Positions 13,400 to 26,276 of a stretch of 64,000 nucleotides of DNA are shown one piece after another; positions within the stretch are counted from its first letter, which is position 1, and every line of letters starts with the position of its first letter. This DNA is from Moniliella sp. 'wahieum' (lineage: Eukaryota): NCBI GenBank assembly GCA_003971905.1, contig RSEE01000125.1, positions 1-64,000 of the forward strand, written 5' to 3'. The translations under genes and the position numbers were made by a program. The notes under the pieces are model-generated. The model was given only the letters and a program-made list of their open reading frames with translations, had not been told where the DNA came from and did not search any database.

Positions 13400-14168
13400 G
13401 CAGACATGCACATCGGCAGCACATTGGCGCAACTTGAGGCTTATCAAGCCCAAGCCTGAGGTTCTCCAGCAACGGATCCTTCCCGTTGTGATGCACTACA
13501 GGTAGACCATCCGTCCTTTTGACGGTGCGGTTTTCAGCAATGGCCTTGGAGAAATGTCTACCCTCGAGTTGAGTTAGGCCCCACTTCATGGAAACGATGA
13601 TCTCCTGCCCCCTGCAAACTTGTAGCGGACACGGTGCAAGACTTCCAGCACCGCCGCCTGTGTGTTGTTGTCCTTGGAGAGGATAGAAAGTAGAGACCTG
13701 TCCATATTGACATGTTGAAGACATGTTGACATGAGAGCCACACCACAGGCCGTATGGCTTGCCCCATAATGCATGGTGCATACTGGTTTGCAGTGGAGGA
13801 GCACCGACACACGAGAGCATCTTGTTGATTCGGATCACGTGGAACGGGTGCACACGGATGCGCAAGTGTGGAAGGCATCTTTGCTGGCCGTCTTAAGCTT
13901 GAAGCTTGAAGGCGCTTGAGACCACAGGTATTTTTGTGGTGCAGATTCGCGCTGCCTCGAGCGCTTACTTCGGAAGTGATCTACTAGCGCTCATCGACAT
14001 CACACACAAGGTGGGAACAAAAGGAAAATCTTCAAGCACGTTTGCGGCCAAGTCAAAAATACGATTTTAATTGGGATCGCGGATTCGCCGGCCGTGGTTG
14101 TACCGCGATTTGGGAAAGGGCTTGTTTTGTACAGTAGCGATGGAAGCGGGCTGTGGGCGACGACTCAT
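13400..14168 (-). pseudogene. RPL10: Decayed, near full-length 60S ribosomal protein L10 (uL16) pseudogene
   Basis: Starts ATG AGT CGT CGC (MSRRP). Recognisable segments NKPFPKSRYN, RIFDL, ALEAARIC, KDAFH, RIRVHPFHVIRINKMLSC and WGKPYG. Many substitutions and multi-base insertions exceed the simple indel noise seen in neighbouring real genes. Confidence 0.85.
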
Positions 14169-14989
14169 TGTAAGGTTTGTAAGTACACAGAGGTGGTGAG
14201 AGTAGGAAAGCAGAACCGAAACGAAAAGGGAAGAAAGTTTTTACAGACCATGAACAAAAACCCCACACTATTTGTCCTGCTCTTCTCTCTATAGTATGTG
14301 TGCTCTACTGCTCCACTGCCCATGCTCCAGAGCACAGAGGGTGAGCAGCTTGGCGCTCAAGCCGTGAGTGTGCTGGGATGGGCGCCGAGAGGGAGCGCCC
14401 AGGAAAGGGCTCGCGCTCATCCTGCTGCCAGTGAAAGTGCACTGGCTGACTTGGGCGACGCCAACGCGAGCTGAGCGCTGCGGAAGGCTGCGGTGCTTCG
14501 CTCACTCATGCCACACCCTACACCTAGGTCACGTGCTCACCCGGCACGTATGCTGTGGGCAAAGCCGCCAAGGAGGTTACCTCGCCGCATCTGAGCAATG
14601 GAGCTTCGAATCTGGAATGCGCGTATACCCCACCCCTTGAAGGCGCACAAGGACCACCACAATGTATATGCTGTCTGCGTCGGTCAGCAGGCGGATACTC
14701 TGACCATTCGTCCACTTTGGCACTTAGCAAAACATGTCGCAAGCCCCTATATATATACTGGATCCATATCACTTTGACAGAGCTTACTAAGGCAAAAGTA
14801 TCATTGCGCCGGGGAAACCATATCATTGACAGAACTTAAGGCTGGGACAAAGAAACACTGCGCCTACACTGACCCGTTCATCCGGCATGTGTTGCTTGTT
14901 AACGCCAACCCCGTTGAAGGAACCAGGGGAACGCCAGGAGATCAGGACTCTCTGTTGGTGCCCGCCATCTGTTCCCATACCCGAGGAAG

Positions 14990-15940
14990 CGTGTGTGGAT
15001 ACGGATGAACATGGTAGACATCCCAGCGATGAATATCTCCATGCAGTCAAATCCTTCCAGCGCCCAAGCATCTTGCCCGCTGCCTTGGTGGCATATGATC
15101 CTCGCGTCGTCAAGACCAAGGGGAAAAAGGGGTCTTGGGTGCGTTCCTGGTACGCGGTATTCTTGTCGCATTCTGCTTGTTCCAGCAGCCGAAGCAGTTC
15201 TTTATCCCGGCGTTCCAAAGGCTTCGCGGTGCTCTCGTGTACCACATCCGCCGGTACGCAGCCTGCGTCTCCTGCGTTCCCGAGTCCACAGCGTGTGGTC
15301 CACCTCCATCCCTGATCCTCTGATTCCTCCAGGCCCCATCACGTGTGGTAGTCAGAGTGCATTGCCTTCCTCCCGCGCCCCGTCATATCCTCTTCCTCCA
15401 CAATGGGCTCGTTGTGGATGTGGGTGTCGGGGATGGAGCGCACGAGCTGGAGAACGAGGTCCCGCACTGCCTCGTGCCATGCACCAAACCTGACCTTGGT
15501 GCGGATGAAAGCCATGATGTGTTGAACATGACGCCACACTCGCACATGCTGCGTGTGGAGCGGCACAGCGTTTGGAGCTGCACAGCGTGTGGAGCTGGAG
15601 ACCAACCTCAACCTGCTTGTCGGCCAGCCGGAGGGACGGGGAGGATGGAATGGAGGAGAGCTAAGTGCGGTTGAGCGGGTCGCGCTGCTCGACCACATTG
15701 GGACCACCGGCATTGTCAATCTTCTGGAACAGTTCTTCTCGGCTCTTCTACTACATTTCCCGTCTACCCTGGCGTTGCGTCGTAAATGTGTTCGCCGCCG
15801 CCGTGCTTGCTTCCGATCGGTCAAATAAGTGGTAATAAGATTGTCGTTGACCTCGTTGACCGCAGCCCGTGCGTATTCGGGCGCAATACACGAGTAAAGC
15901 GGGCTGCTGCATCCCCTCATCCGGAGAAGCAGGTTCATGG
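14990..15940 (-). mobile_element. Degenerate 3' fragment of a non-LTR retrotransposon with restriction-like endonuclease (CRE/Cnl1-like)
   Basis: Stitched minus frames: LSSIPSSPSLRLADKQVEVGLQLHTL, then WRHVQHI, HIHNEPIV, and EQAECDKNTAYQ...FFPLVLTTRG. This resembles the post-RT, zinc-knuckle and RLE order of CRE-clade elements; recognised by eye only. Confidence 0.55.
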
Positions 15941-16234
15941 GCATGTCGAAGTGATATAACGTGATGATTCAGGAACCATGTTGTCAGAGTGTATATCAGG
16001 GGCATGAAAATCAAATGAAAAAAAGGGCAGAAGGGAACGATGCTGAAGGAAAGCGAGAGAAAGGGATGGTAGTGTGGTGCACTCTGACAAGAGTCTTAAT
16101 CTAACTAGTAGGTATAGGATGGGAGCGACAGAGACAATAACATTGTGTGTACGTGGGATAGCTATGCGACCATATGGTATGATCTGAGTGACCATGCTGA
16201 CAGGCGAGAGGCTCTCGACCCTGGGAAAGGAGCG

Positions 16235-16415
16235 GATAATCTCCTCCCATTTCCAAACTCTTCGTCCCCGGGCGTCTCGCTCCTTCTTCTTTGTTCTTCT
16301 CCTCTTCGCGTCATGTCCTCTCCTCTTGCTTCCTCCCCAGGAACGATTGCTACATCCCTTGCCCTAGTCTCGACTCTGGTCTCTCTCGTCTTAGGCCTTA
16401 TCCCCGACTGTGATA
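16235..16415. mobile_element. Diverged solo LTR, copy 1 of 3
   Basis: Clear similarity to 26277-26457 and 32467-32649 (ctcccatttcca...acgattgctacatcccttg.cctagtctcgactctggtctc...ccccgactgtga). Left terminus eroded. Confidence 0.7.
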
Positions 16416-17599
16416 GTTCCGGTTCCTGTGGCTGAGTGTAGCAATCTTTTGATTCTTGATCTGTGCTCCTTTCTAGAGGATCCATGATCACGATTCCTTT
16501 CCCCGTTTCTTCGTTGTGTTGTCTATATCCCTTGGAGATCCTGCATGTATCACCCTCGATCCATGTTCCTTTCCCCTTAGCGTGTCATTTCGTCTTATCT
16601 TCCGTCTACTTCTTCTTGTTCGTCCACATTTCGTCTCTTTCTCTCGTCTTCGGTCGTTGTACAACACGACTTACTTATCCATCGTTGACCCGCCATAAGG
16701 CAACTACCGTGTTACCTAGTTCACCACAGGTGCCCCTCCCAATCTGCTGCTAGCGACCCCTTCTTAGTCTTTACATATCCTTTCGAGCAGACATCCATTT
16801 CCGTCGATCGCCAACTATCACTCTCTTCTGCCCTTACTTTGCCTTTAGCTGCATCAAGCTTCCGACCAACCCATCAGAACCACGGATTATAGGCATACTA
16901 GTCCGGCTCCTTCCAGTGCATACGCAACCTTATCACGCAAGCGGACGCCCCAAGTCAGAGGCCTCGCCTCGTATCTAGCACCGTTTGGATCTGCTGACAA
17001 TGTTCTGGATCGATCAAATGTGTGAGTCCTGAGTGGTCTGTGCTCTTCTCTAAAGGAAAGCATCCTTAAATCATGGGTCGGGCTTCAGTAGGCGCCCGCC
17101 CATGACATTTCGTCCAGTCCCTTTTTCGTGTGCTCGTTTCTAATATATAGAGAGGTTGTCTTCTAAGAAAATTCCGCCAACGAGAGCCCTTCAAGGTAGC
17201 GCTTTTCGTTCTAGAATCTACAAGGCTGTCTTCGGTTAACATAAAGCCCTCAGGCCTCAGGCCTCAGCAGCCCTCGGCGCCCTCAGCACCACTGTGGAGA
17301 AAAACAGGCAGTCTAATTAAAGCTTTTTATTATCATGATGGCATCTATATACATTTTGGGCCCTGCTAGTGTTGTTGCCGCATCCACCGAGTAAGCGTCC
17401 ATACCATACTCACATACATATATGTGGCTGTCAATGAGCCGTACAAGGTGTCTGCACACACTCGATATTGTGAATGGTAACATTCCGGTAACGATATGTC
17501 CGGGACCGTTTATGTACTGCGCTTCGAACTTTCAGTTACGACTGTTTTGCGACGGTCTTACTTGCTTCCCAATAGTGCTCGCATAGCTGGATTGTTGGT

Positions 17600-20322
17600 C
17601 CTTCGTTCCGCCGACGTGTACCCTTCCTTTTTGACCAGTATTGCAAATAAGAGGCACATAATGATCAAGCTGATCCAGCTAATAAGCTAGGCGGTGAACT
17701 TTTTGACTTGAGTATAGAAAAGAAACATACAGTTGCGGGAGGGTCAGGAGAGATCCCCACAATCTGCATCAACAACCCTTTTTTATTGGAGTTGGATTAT
17801 GCCATGGCGCACCCTGCCCTTCCTGGTGGACAGGGGTGGGGCGTGCAACACATTGCATTTCGGTCATCATGTGCTGCATCATGCATCATGACCATGCGCG
17901 GTTGGTCATCTGCGTGGCCGTTGAGAAAATGCGCATTATACCACTTAGCGGTTATACTTCCCAAACGTGGATATATGGACGTGAGCAAAGGGAGACTACA
18001 GACAGGCCGGTGAAAACGTATTGGGCCAGGACTCGCTGCTATCCTTCGTGGGGCAAACGCATCGTCTGAACAAGCTTCATCCCTTGTGCGAGCGACAGTG
18101 TGTACCGCGTTGGAAAAGAAGATAGCAATGCAAAATAGTATGTTAAGGCATCCAAGAGAAGGTAAGAATCCACCGGCACCAAAAGCTGGATCCAGCAACA
18201 CAGTGATCATGGCCCATATTGCCCAGTTTCTGACCAGCAACAGACGCAAAAAGCGTTGGCCGGTGGAGCAGACGGTATACCCTTTCAGAGTGCGGATGAG
18301 TGTAAGTGCTTTCCGGTAATCTCTGTGGTTGGTTCATTCCTAATTCGCCGCAGTTCCAGCAAAAGCTGCGCGTACCGATGCCCCCCGTATAGATTGGACG
18401 GTGGGATGGGTCAGCGCAGATGGGGAATAGGTATTACCGGCAGATCACATTCAAGTAACCCTGCCATGCAAGACACCACTGATGGAGCATCGTTCTTGGT
18501 GCACAGGAGTGGGCGCAATGCTTTTCTTCTTGAGGGTGGTATAGAAGGCGAGACTGGTAAAACAGAAAACGGTCGCGATGTGCAGGGAAGGTGAGGGGTT
18601 GCTTAAACGAAGGTGCTGACCTGGAGAAAGAAGGGTGGTCGCGAGAGTAAGCGACATCAGTCTGGAAGAGGTAGAGCCTTCAATCCTCTGGACGGGGTGG
18701 TGAAGGGGGAGGGGGAGGGGAAAGGGAAAGGGAGGAGGAGGAGACTGCAGCTATTAAGGAAAGCTTGAGTGGAGTGAGGAAACATATGGTATGCGATTTT
18801 GGATTATATGCATGAGGTGCGAGTGTGAAAAGACCAACAAGGCATATTGAACTCAGGAAAAGAGAATGGATAGATGGAAACAGGATCAGGAGCAGGCCAT
18901 GCCGGTTCTGGTCGCCAAAAGTCTCGCATTGGCTCTTCAGTTGGGAGATGAGGGCCCAGGAAAGGTACAGTGAGAGGTGGGGTCACCGCACCTCCATTCA
19001 GGGAAGGCCAAAGGGCAGGCTTGAGGGATTCATTGCCCCCGCACGAAGTGGTGGGGGTATTAGAGAAAAAGAGCGATGCCGGGGGGTCGGTGAAGGACTC
19101 GGTGCAGCTTGAGGCAGTGGTCGGTGAATCGAGAGACGGAACCCCTCCCAAAGGGACGGATAAGGGAAAGACGAAAGATGGGTCTGGAACAAAGGTTGCA
19201 AGAAAGAGCAGAAAGGCCCTGGGTCGGAGGCCAAGGCGCCTCGGTGGAGAGGTGAAGGTTGAGTCCTCTTGCTCCTCATCAGGCAAGGCCTGCACCAGCC
19301 CTGACCCACACAGGACTTGTGAAGAGGGGCGGGCATATGCTGTGCCGGTAATGTTCGGGAGGGAGAGACGAGGTTTGAGAGACATGCTAATATCCTTCCA
19401 TTCGAAGCCGAGGGGCTGGTGCGGGTTTCTTGTGGGTAGCTCCTCGCCTACCGTGATGGGGAGGGGCCCAAGAACGGCATGTGTACTTTTGCTTGAGCCT
19501 GGGGACATCGCAGTGCTGCCACTAGACAAGAGGGGTGGCTTGTGCGGGGTCAGGGTGGGTACTGCGGCGGAGTGAAGGTGAGGCTGAGGGGTGTGGTCTG
19601 GCCCGAGTCGGGGGCAGAGTTTGGAGTGAGACTAGGCGCGACCGAGGGGAGACCAAGGAGATGCATGAAGGCTGGGCTGCAGTCGTCGTCGTACAAGTTG
19701 TGTCGGCAGGACCGGGGGAGTCAAGCCATTTCTCCTCTACCCCACTCGACGCACCCGTGGCAAGACCCGAATGCGGCGGGGAGTGCGGACGGGAAGGGGA
19801 ATGCCCAAGGGGCGTGGAAGACAACGTTGAATCGAGCTCGGGGCTGTAGGGGCAGGGCGCGGGGGCAGGGAATGCCGGCCCTGGGAGCGGATGCGTTGGC
19901 GGTCGTAGGTGCAAGGCTTGTCGGGCTGGGACACCTTACACCTCTCGCACGGCCGCCTCCGTCGCAGCGGACCTTGGCGCGGGCGCAGGCATCGCAGGCC
20001 TGGAGATGCGGAGCAGGCAGAGCGCTCGCGGGTTGACATGGTGCGCAGGTTCAGGTGCCGTCTCTTTTCCTGGTCGACATGCATGCGGAGATGGCGCTCG
20101 AGGACATCCTTGCGGCCAAACCGCTTGGAGCAGACGCTGCAGCCAAACGGGAGGGTGGGAGCGTGCACAGCCTGGTGGCGGGCGAGGTAATCGGGGCGCT
20201 GGAAGACCTTGTGGCAGGTGGGGCAGACAGGGGTGACGCGTGCCGGCGGCGCGGGGCAGCGCGCCTAGCACCCGCACGCCGTGGTGCTTGGCGGGGGTGG
20301 CGGCGGTGGGGACGGGGGACAT
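17600..20322 (-). CDS. Fungal transcription factor with two C2H2 fingers followed by a Zn(II)2Cys6 cluster; 3' end uncertain
   Basis: CPTCHKVFQRPDYLARHQAVH and CSVCSKRFGRKDVLERHLRMH, then a frameshifted ACSA..LRC..RPCERCK..PCTY cluster. Ser/Pro-rich coding-like sequence continues to about 17.6 kb. Confidence 0.8.
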
Positions 20323-20499
20323 GGGGGGGCGGTGGCGGCGGCGGCGGGCGGGGTGGGCAGGTGGGGCGAAGGGGTGGGATGTTAATATACGGGCAGGAGG
20401 GGGTTGGGAAAGCGAGGATGCACGGGGGCAAGAGTGCTGGCGTGTGCCAGGGCTAAGCAGGCGGCCGGGGGCACCCTACAGAGTGCGTGCAGGCCGACG

Positions 20500-23400
20500 C
20501 ATTCTGAGGTCTGAGATCTGACGCGCTGGCGTCTGATCTGAGACCAAGTGCCCTTCCGGCCCCTGGGCGGGGGCACTGTCGGAAATGCACCGGCTGCCAA
20601 AACGAGACTGCGGCGACTGGCGAATGCGAACGCACCCTGCGACGCCCAGTTAGAGGCGGGAAGATTGTTATTGAGCGGGTGCGCTGGGCCTGGGCAGCAT
20701 TGTTTCCGGACGGACTCACGTTTGCTCAGTACTATGTACCCCGTACCCACTGAGTACTGAACGTACTGAGTACTGATTCAGTACTGGGGGCTGCGGGCTG
20801 GGCCTCAGCCTGAGGACAACATGTCTGGGCGTTCACATGCTCACATGTTCACCACTAGCAAAAGAGTTTTGGGTGCCATCGATGATCAACGTTCAACGTT
20901 CTACCTTCGACGTTCAGCTAGTCCCTATTCAACGTACCATGTACCAACGTACTCTACGTTAACTCCTGCCTTCATTTTAGTCACTAGTCACTAGTCACTC
21001 CCACCCATCCGAACGAGACGGCAGATGGACAGCTGTCACGCATGTCACGGACCTGGCACCGCAGAAGGCAATTATACGGGTAGCGATTATCCGGTAATAC
21101 ATCCCAGTACCTCTACTACCTGTGTCCAGGGTTGGATCCAGTACGCAAAACATGTGTGAGTACACACCAGAGAGGGTACGATGAGTAGGCTGCACCACTG
21201 CCACAGTGCAATGAGTGCTGATTGATACTGAGGCCTGAGGGGTCAGTCCGATGATTTGAAAAGTTGATATATACGGGAGCTGCGGATCAGGCTGTGTTCT
21301 GAGAAGGTTACACGTTACGACGTCGTCTTCAGGGAGGCGTGGCTATAATAGCCACTTCCTAATACTCGTACTAAAAAGTCGGAATGACCAGTGACTTGAC
21401 TCGTGATTCTCGTGGGCACCAAAACAGGGACAGCTGGGAATACGGATGGCGACGGAATTCGTATCTGGGGCGGTGCCTTGCAGTGCCCGTCCTCTTTCAA
21501 CCCCGGCACATAGGATGCATCACGCGTCACGAATGCCCCCTCTCTATTAAGTGGTGACTAGGTGACTAGTGACTGTGATTAGTGACTGTCTTCAATCAGT
21601 GACTCGACTGGTTCAAGACTCAAGCTTCAAGCGCCCAAGCGTCAGCGCTGCTCAGACCTCACGCGAGTGACGAGCTGCACTCCCTAGTCACTTGCACTTG
21701 CTCAGCGGATCAGCGCTGAGGCTCAGCGGCTCAGCGGGCGCAGCATGTCATAGATTTTAAGGTCCTTCAAGGTCTCCAAGCTTCAGATCTATCTCAGATC
21801 TCAGGATAGCTGCCGAGAAACAGGCCACATAGGTTGGTGACCGGTGAAGCTGGAGGCCCAAATCGTCGGAATGTGGCTTGAGGAGCTTGAGGGACTGCGG
21901 TAGGGACCCGCGCGTCAGGGTGCCGGGACGCCCGACACGCGACAGGTTTCTCTGAAATGATCCAGGTGATCAGTGACCGGTGATCTCTGATCATCGATCC
22001 GAGATCATCGATCAATGTTCAACGATTAATTATTTCGATTCAATATTCATCCGATGGGAGGAAAGAAAAACGGGTGGTTATATTCTCCGGTCTTGGCCTT
22101 ACCGGTTCCCAGTTCCGGGCTATATCGTGGTGTTCAGTGAACTTCAACGTGCAACGGACGTTGACGTTGATCGTTGAACGTAGGTTGAACGATGATCGTT
22201 GACGCGTTGACGGAAGTGTCGGATATCTACGTAAGCGCTAAGCCTCTTAGATATTATACTTCTTCCTCTGCGATCTGATATCTGACATTGTTGACACGTT
22301 GACAATATTGACCTGGTGCATGATAGAAGCCTGAGGCGGCTCGACGGCACGTTACCTTGATGCGTGAGCGCGTGAGCATAGCCTGGGTTAGGTGGCTGGC
22401 GGAACAACACCAACGCGGCGCGCGAGGAAGAAGGGAGAAGGGAGAGGCAAGAGACAGGGAAGAACATTGAAAATTTTGAGTGAAGGGAACCCAGCTACTT
22501 TTATACCAATCCTGTTGGTCGGCTCGGCACGGCGCTGCTGGTCGAAGAGGAGGTTTTGGGACCGGCCTATACTGGCTAGCAGAGTGATGGCAGCGAGAAT
22601 GCCTTGCCCGATGGGCTGGAGGCAAACATGTAAACGTTAACGGGGTGTGAATGGCAAAAAAAAGCCCCCAACGGATACTGGTGACGCGCGGTGACGTATC
22701 GTAATCGAGTAATCCCCAGCGGCCTCAGCGCCTCAGCAGGCCCATCGACCTCATCGGCTTTATCGATCAAAAAATGGTTAATGACCATAAGGTGATAACC
22801 TCGTGGTGGTCACACGCTTGTCTACCGTTGTACCTTATGCATTACACCACATGCATTTTTGGTGTGGAGCAAAGGCGACATGTCCGATTTCAGAAGCTCA
22901 AGCCTCCAACGAGAGGGCTCGCATGCACACAGATCAAAAGAAGCACTCACAGAGCAGCAACAGTACGATCATTAGCATGTTTAAGTTAACCACGTTTACG
23001 TTTCCGGGCCGAAGTAATTGCGCACAGGCATGTTGTGATCGTGATCCTTCACTGGTTGTGTTCTGGCAATCGTTTCTCAATGGCGTGCCTGTCCTACACA
23101 GGGCGTCTATAGCTGCGCCTACGGGAGAGAAAGGAAGAATGATTAATGAAGGGTCGTTGTCGCAGGGTTCTCATGTGCAGGCGACAGGCTGCAGTGTCAA
23201 CGGGACAACACGCACCAGACGATGCATGAAGCTGTAAGCTTTAAGCTTCAATCTCAAGCGTCAAGCCTTCTGGCGCAGCAGGGCGCAGCCAAGCCCTGCT
23301 GAGCCCCACAACCTCACCATAACGCGTAACGCGCGTAGGTGCCCTTCCTGTGGTCCGAACAGGGTGGGCTTGGTGATCGTGATCCAGTACACGTGACGCA

Positions 23401-25560
23401 TGATGTATGATAATCGATGATTCGATGATATGCAGGATGCTTTAGCACTAGCGGTGACCGGTGACTGGTGACATGGAACATGGGACAGGCGGGAGAGATC
23501 CAGCGCTGAGAGACAGACCCTGGCCTGGCAGTCCGCAGCCAAGCGCAGGCTATAGGCACCCGGCTCCCCCGCCCGAGCAGGCCGAGCGCAGCAAGGCGCA
23601 GCCTGCAGGGCACAAGCACCCAGTCTATTTGTGTATAGGTGTACATACGTCTGCACATACACCATGGGCTGCACTCGTACGATTCGCCATACATACCAAC
23701 GTGTACTAGGTACTATTAATGAGTAGTTTTAACGTTTTTGGCTTTTGCATTTAACGTTGTGAATAACGTTAATGCCATGCACATTCACTAACACTCGAAC
23801 GGGCCTCCAGTACGCCAGTGTGTGCTGCGACTCCGGAGAACCAAGTCTCAGTGTGTCTGACCTGTGCCCGTCGTCCGAACGCACACTGCCCATCCGCCCG
23901 AGGGGGATGCTGTTGGCTAAATTGGTTGTCTCATATCTCGGAGCAGACGCAGGAAGACGTTTTCGTGGGCGCGAGGGGAGAGGGTTACGTACGTTACCGG
24001 GGTTACCGGTTCCGGTTACCGGTTATGCAGTACGTTGCACATGGATGATCGATTGGTATCGGTCATGCATGTAATGCATGATGGATGTCGATGATCGATG
24101 ATTAATGACTAACCGATTATCGATTAAGTAGCTTGAAGCTGGAAGGGGAGCCGAAAGGGCACAGAACGTATGACATGTGACATGTGACATGTGACATTGA
24201 CGTGCGACATGTGACATGTGACATGCGACATGGGACCGGTGACCCGTTACCTGTCATGCCCTTGGCACGTGACGCGTGACTAGCTTGACTGTCCCATGGG
24301 CGCGTAGACTACAGGCGTCCAAAGTGTCCGAGTGCCTAAGTGCATAAGCACCAAGCGCCAAGCCCCATCGTAAGAGTTAGAACCAGCATTTTTTCCCCAA
24401 TCCTATGGGCTCAAATACCTTAAGTCTCATGTATCACGCGCGACCTGCGGTTTCCCCCGCATTGTAGGTTCTGACGCGTGACGACTGAAGACGCGGAGGC
24501 CTGAGGGCCTCAGTACTGAGACTCAGTGCGACTGGTGTGTTGCAGGAAGCACCGGGGAACCTGCCGCTCAAAGAAGCCTCAGCGAGGGCTGTGAAATTTG
24601 AAAGACCAGAAAAGAGTAGGCAGTTGAACGTTGAACGTTGACTAACGATTTCAAGGTATAAAAAGGGAGATATATTCACGCATCGCTGCTAGAGTGCGAC
24701 TTGGGAGCACTCGGCGATCCTATGGTTCAGCTGCCAAGGCGTGAAGGCAAAGTGGTGAGCCGCATCCGTCTTCCAGCAACGTCTCATTGCGAAGAGCAGC
24801 AGGCCAAGAAGAAGTGTACCTTTAGACAAGGCGTGAAGCTTGAAGCTTGAAGGCAAAGTATAGTGAGCGCGAGTCTTCAGGCAACGTCTGAAAGGAAGGA
24901 GAGACAGGAGAGACAGAGGAGCGGCTTTTTGCGAAGATGTATAGGGGGTGCGCATCCTGCGATCGGAACTCTTCCTCCCGCCCAGGAGAGCGTCACCGAT
25001 CAACTTGAGGGTCGTGCAGGAGAACCCTAGCACTATACCACCCAATAATAGCATGGCACGTACATCGGATGGTATACATAGGTGGATAGGAATATTCCAG
25101 CCTACCAGAAGCAAGGGATATCGGAAGAAGTGAGCCGTTATGCATTAACCAGGCTCTTGCGCTACGCCGCTGGTCCAATGTAATGGCATCCAAATAGTGA
25201 GCACGCTCACTATACGTAGTATTTTTTCGTATTTTTAGGTTGTTCTCAAGTTGGGATGGGAAGCGTGTTCCTTGAAGCTTGAAGCTTGAAGTGTTCGCGT
25301 ATTCCCGGGTCACCGGTCAATGTCGATGTGAGATCTGATCGCTAGTCTGAGCGCTCTGGTCGATCTGAATCCTCAGCGCGTCAGCAGGCAGACTCTACTT
25401 GTCGTGAGAGTCTGGTTGGAGAGCACTACGATTAATCAGGGGTTTGATTGTTCCACATTTAGGGCCTTTACGGCCTAAGGCCTAAGGCCTCTATAAGGGC
25501 TGCAGCTTGTTGATGTGTGATGCACGATGCGTGATGCATGATGCATGATGCATGATGCAG
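20500..25560. repeat. Dense field of (TNA + 4-bp palindrome)n heptamer microsatellites
   Basis: TGAGTAC (~20750), TCAACGT (~20886), TCACTAG (~20981), TGAGGCC (~21229), TCAGATC (~21794), TAAGCGC (~22232), TAACGCG (~23320), TTACCGG (~24000), TGACATG (~24171), TGAACGT (~24625), TGAAGCT (~24834, ~25273), TAAGGCC (~25476), TGATGCA (~25532). Confidence 0.9.
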
Positions 25561-26276
25561 ATAATACAGGCGGTGGGAAGAGCGAGTGAGTCACGCGTCT
25601 ACTGAGAGTTTTGTGTTTCGACACATCGATGCATCCCCGCGATTACTTCTCCATCTTCAGCGCCTCTTTTGCTTATTAAAGAGCTTCGGCTGATTAAGCT
25701 GATTCAGCTCCAAGCGGGGCAGGCTGTATGCATCGACTCCTGCCGCGACAGCGCTCCGTCCAGAGCGACCCGTTGGCCACACCCGCTCTCGCTCTACGGA
25801 TTACCGGTATCATACTCATCAGCCCTCCGCGTAGCCTCTTCTTCCGATGCACGCCACTGGTTGCTGTGCCTCAACGCATCTCACACAGTAAGGTGTCATC
25901 GCTATTGTGTGCTACCATGTGCTTCTTGGCAGAAGAGACGTTAGTAACGCGTACCGCGGCGATGCTACAAAGAAAGGTTATATAGAAGGCGCTCGGCCGA
26001 AAGAGCCAACAGCGCAGCTGTGGGTCCTGAAACAGCAGTTGAGGCCCTTTCGACTTTACTCGCACGCTCATCGAAATCAGGCATTCATGGCGCTCATAAT
26101 GCTCATAGCGCATCCATAGTGTGTTTCTCCGGCCTCCGGCCTTTCAGCAGGCTCATTGTCTCATGCATACTTGTGTATATACTGTGCATATGATGCTTGG
26201 ATGACAGTTTTGCCAAGCTGTTAGGAGGTGTCTGGAGGAATAGGGGAACATGCTCTGTTGAACGTTGAACGTAGTC

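Noticed and set aside
20500..25560. CRISPR-like array or synthetic polylinker (many restriction-site palindromes)
   Set aside because: There is no constant repeat with regular spacers and no cas or vector sequence. The arrays are degenerate and dispersed through native fungal DNA.
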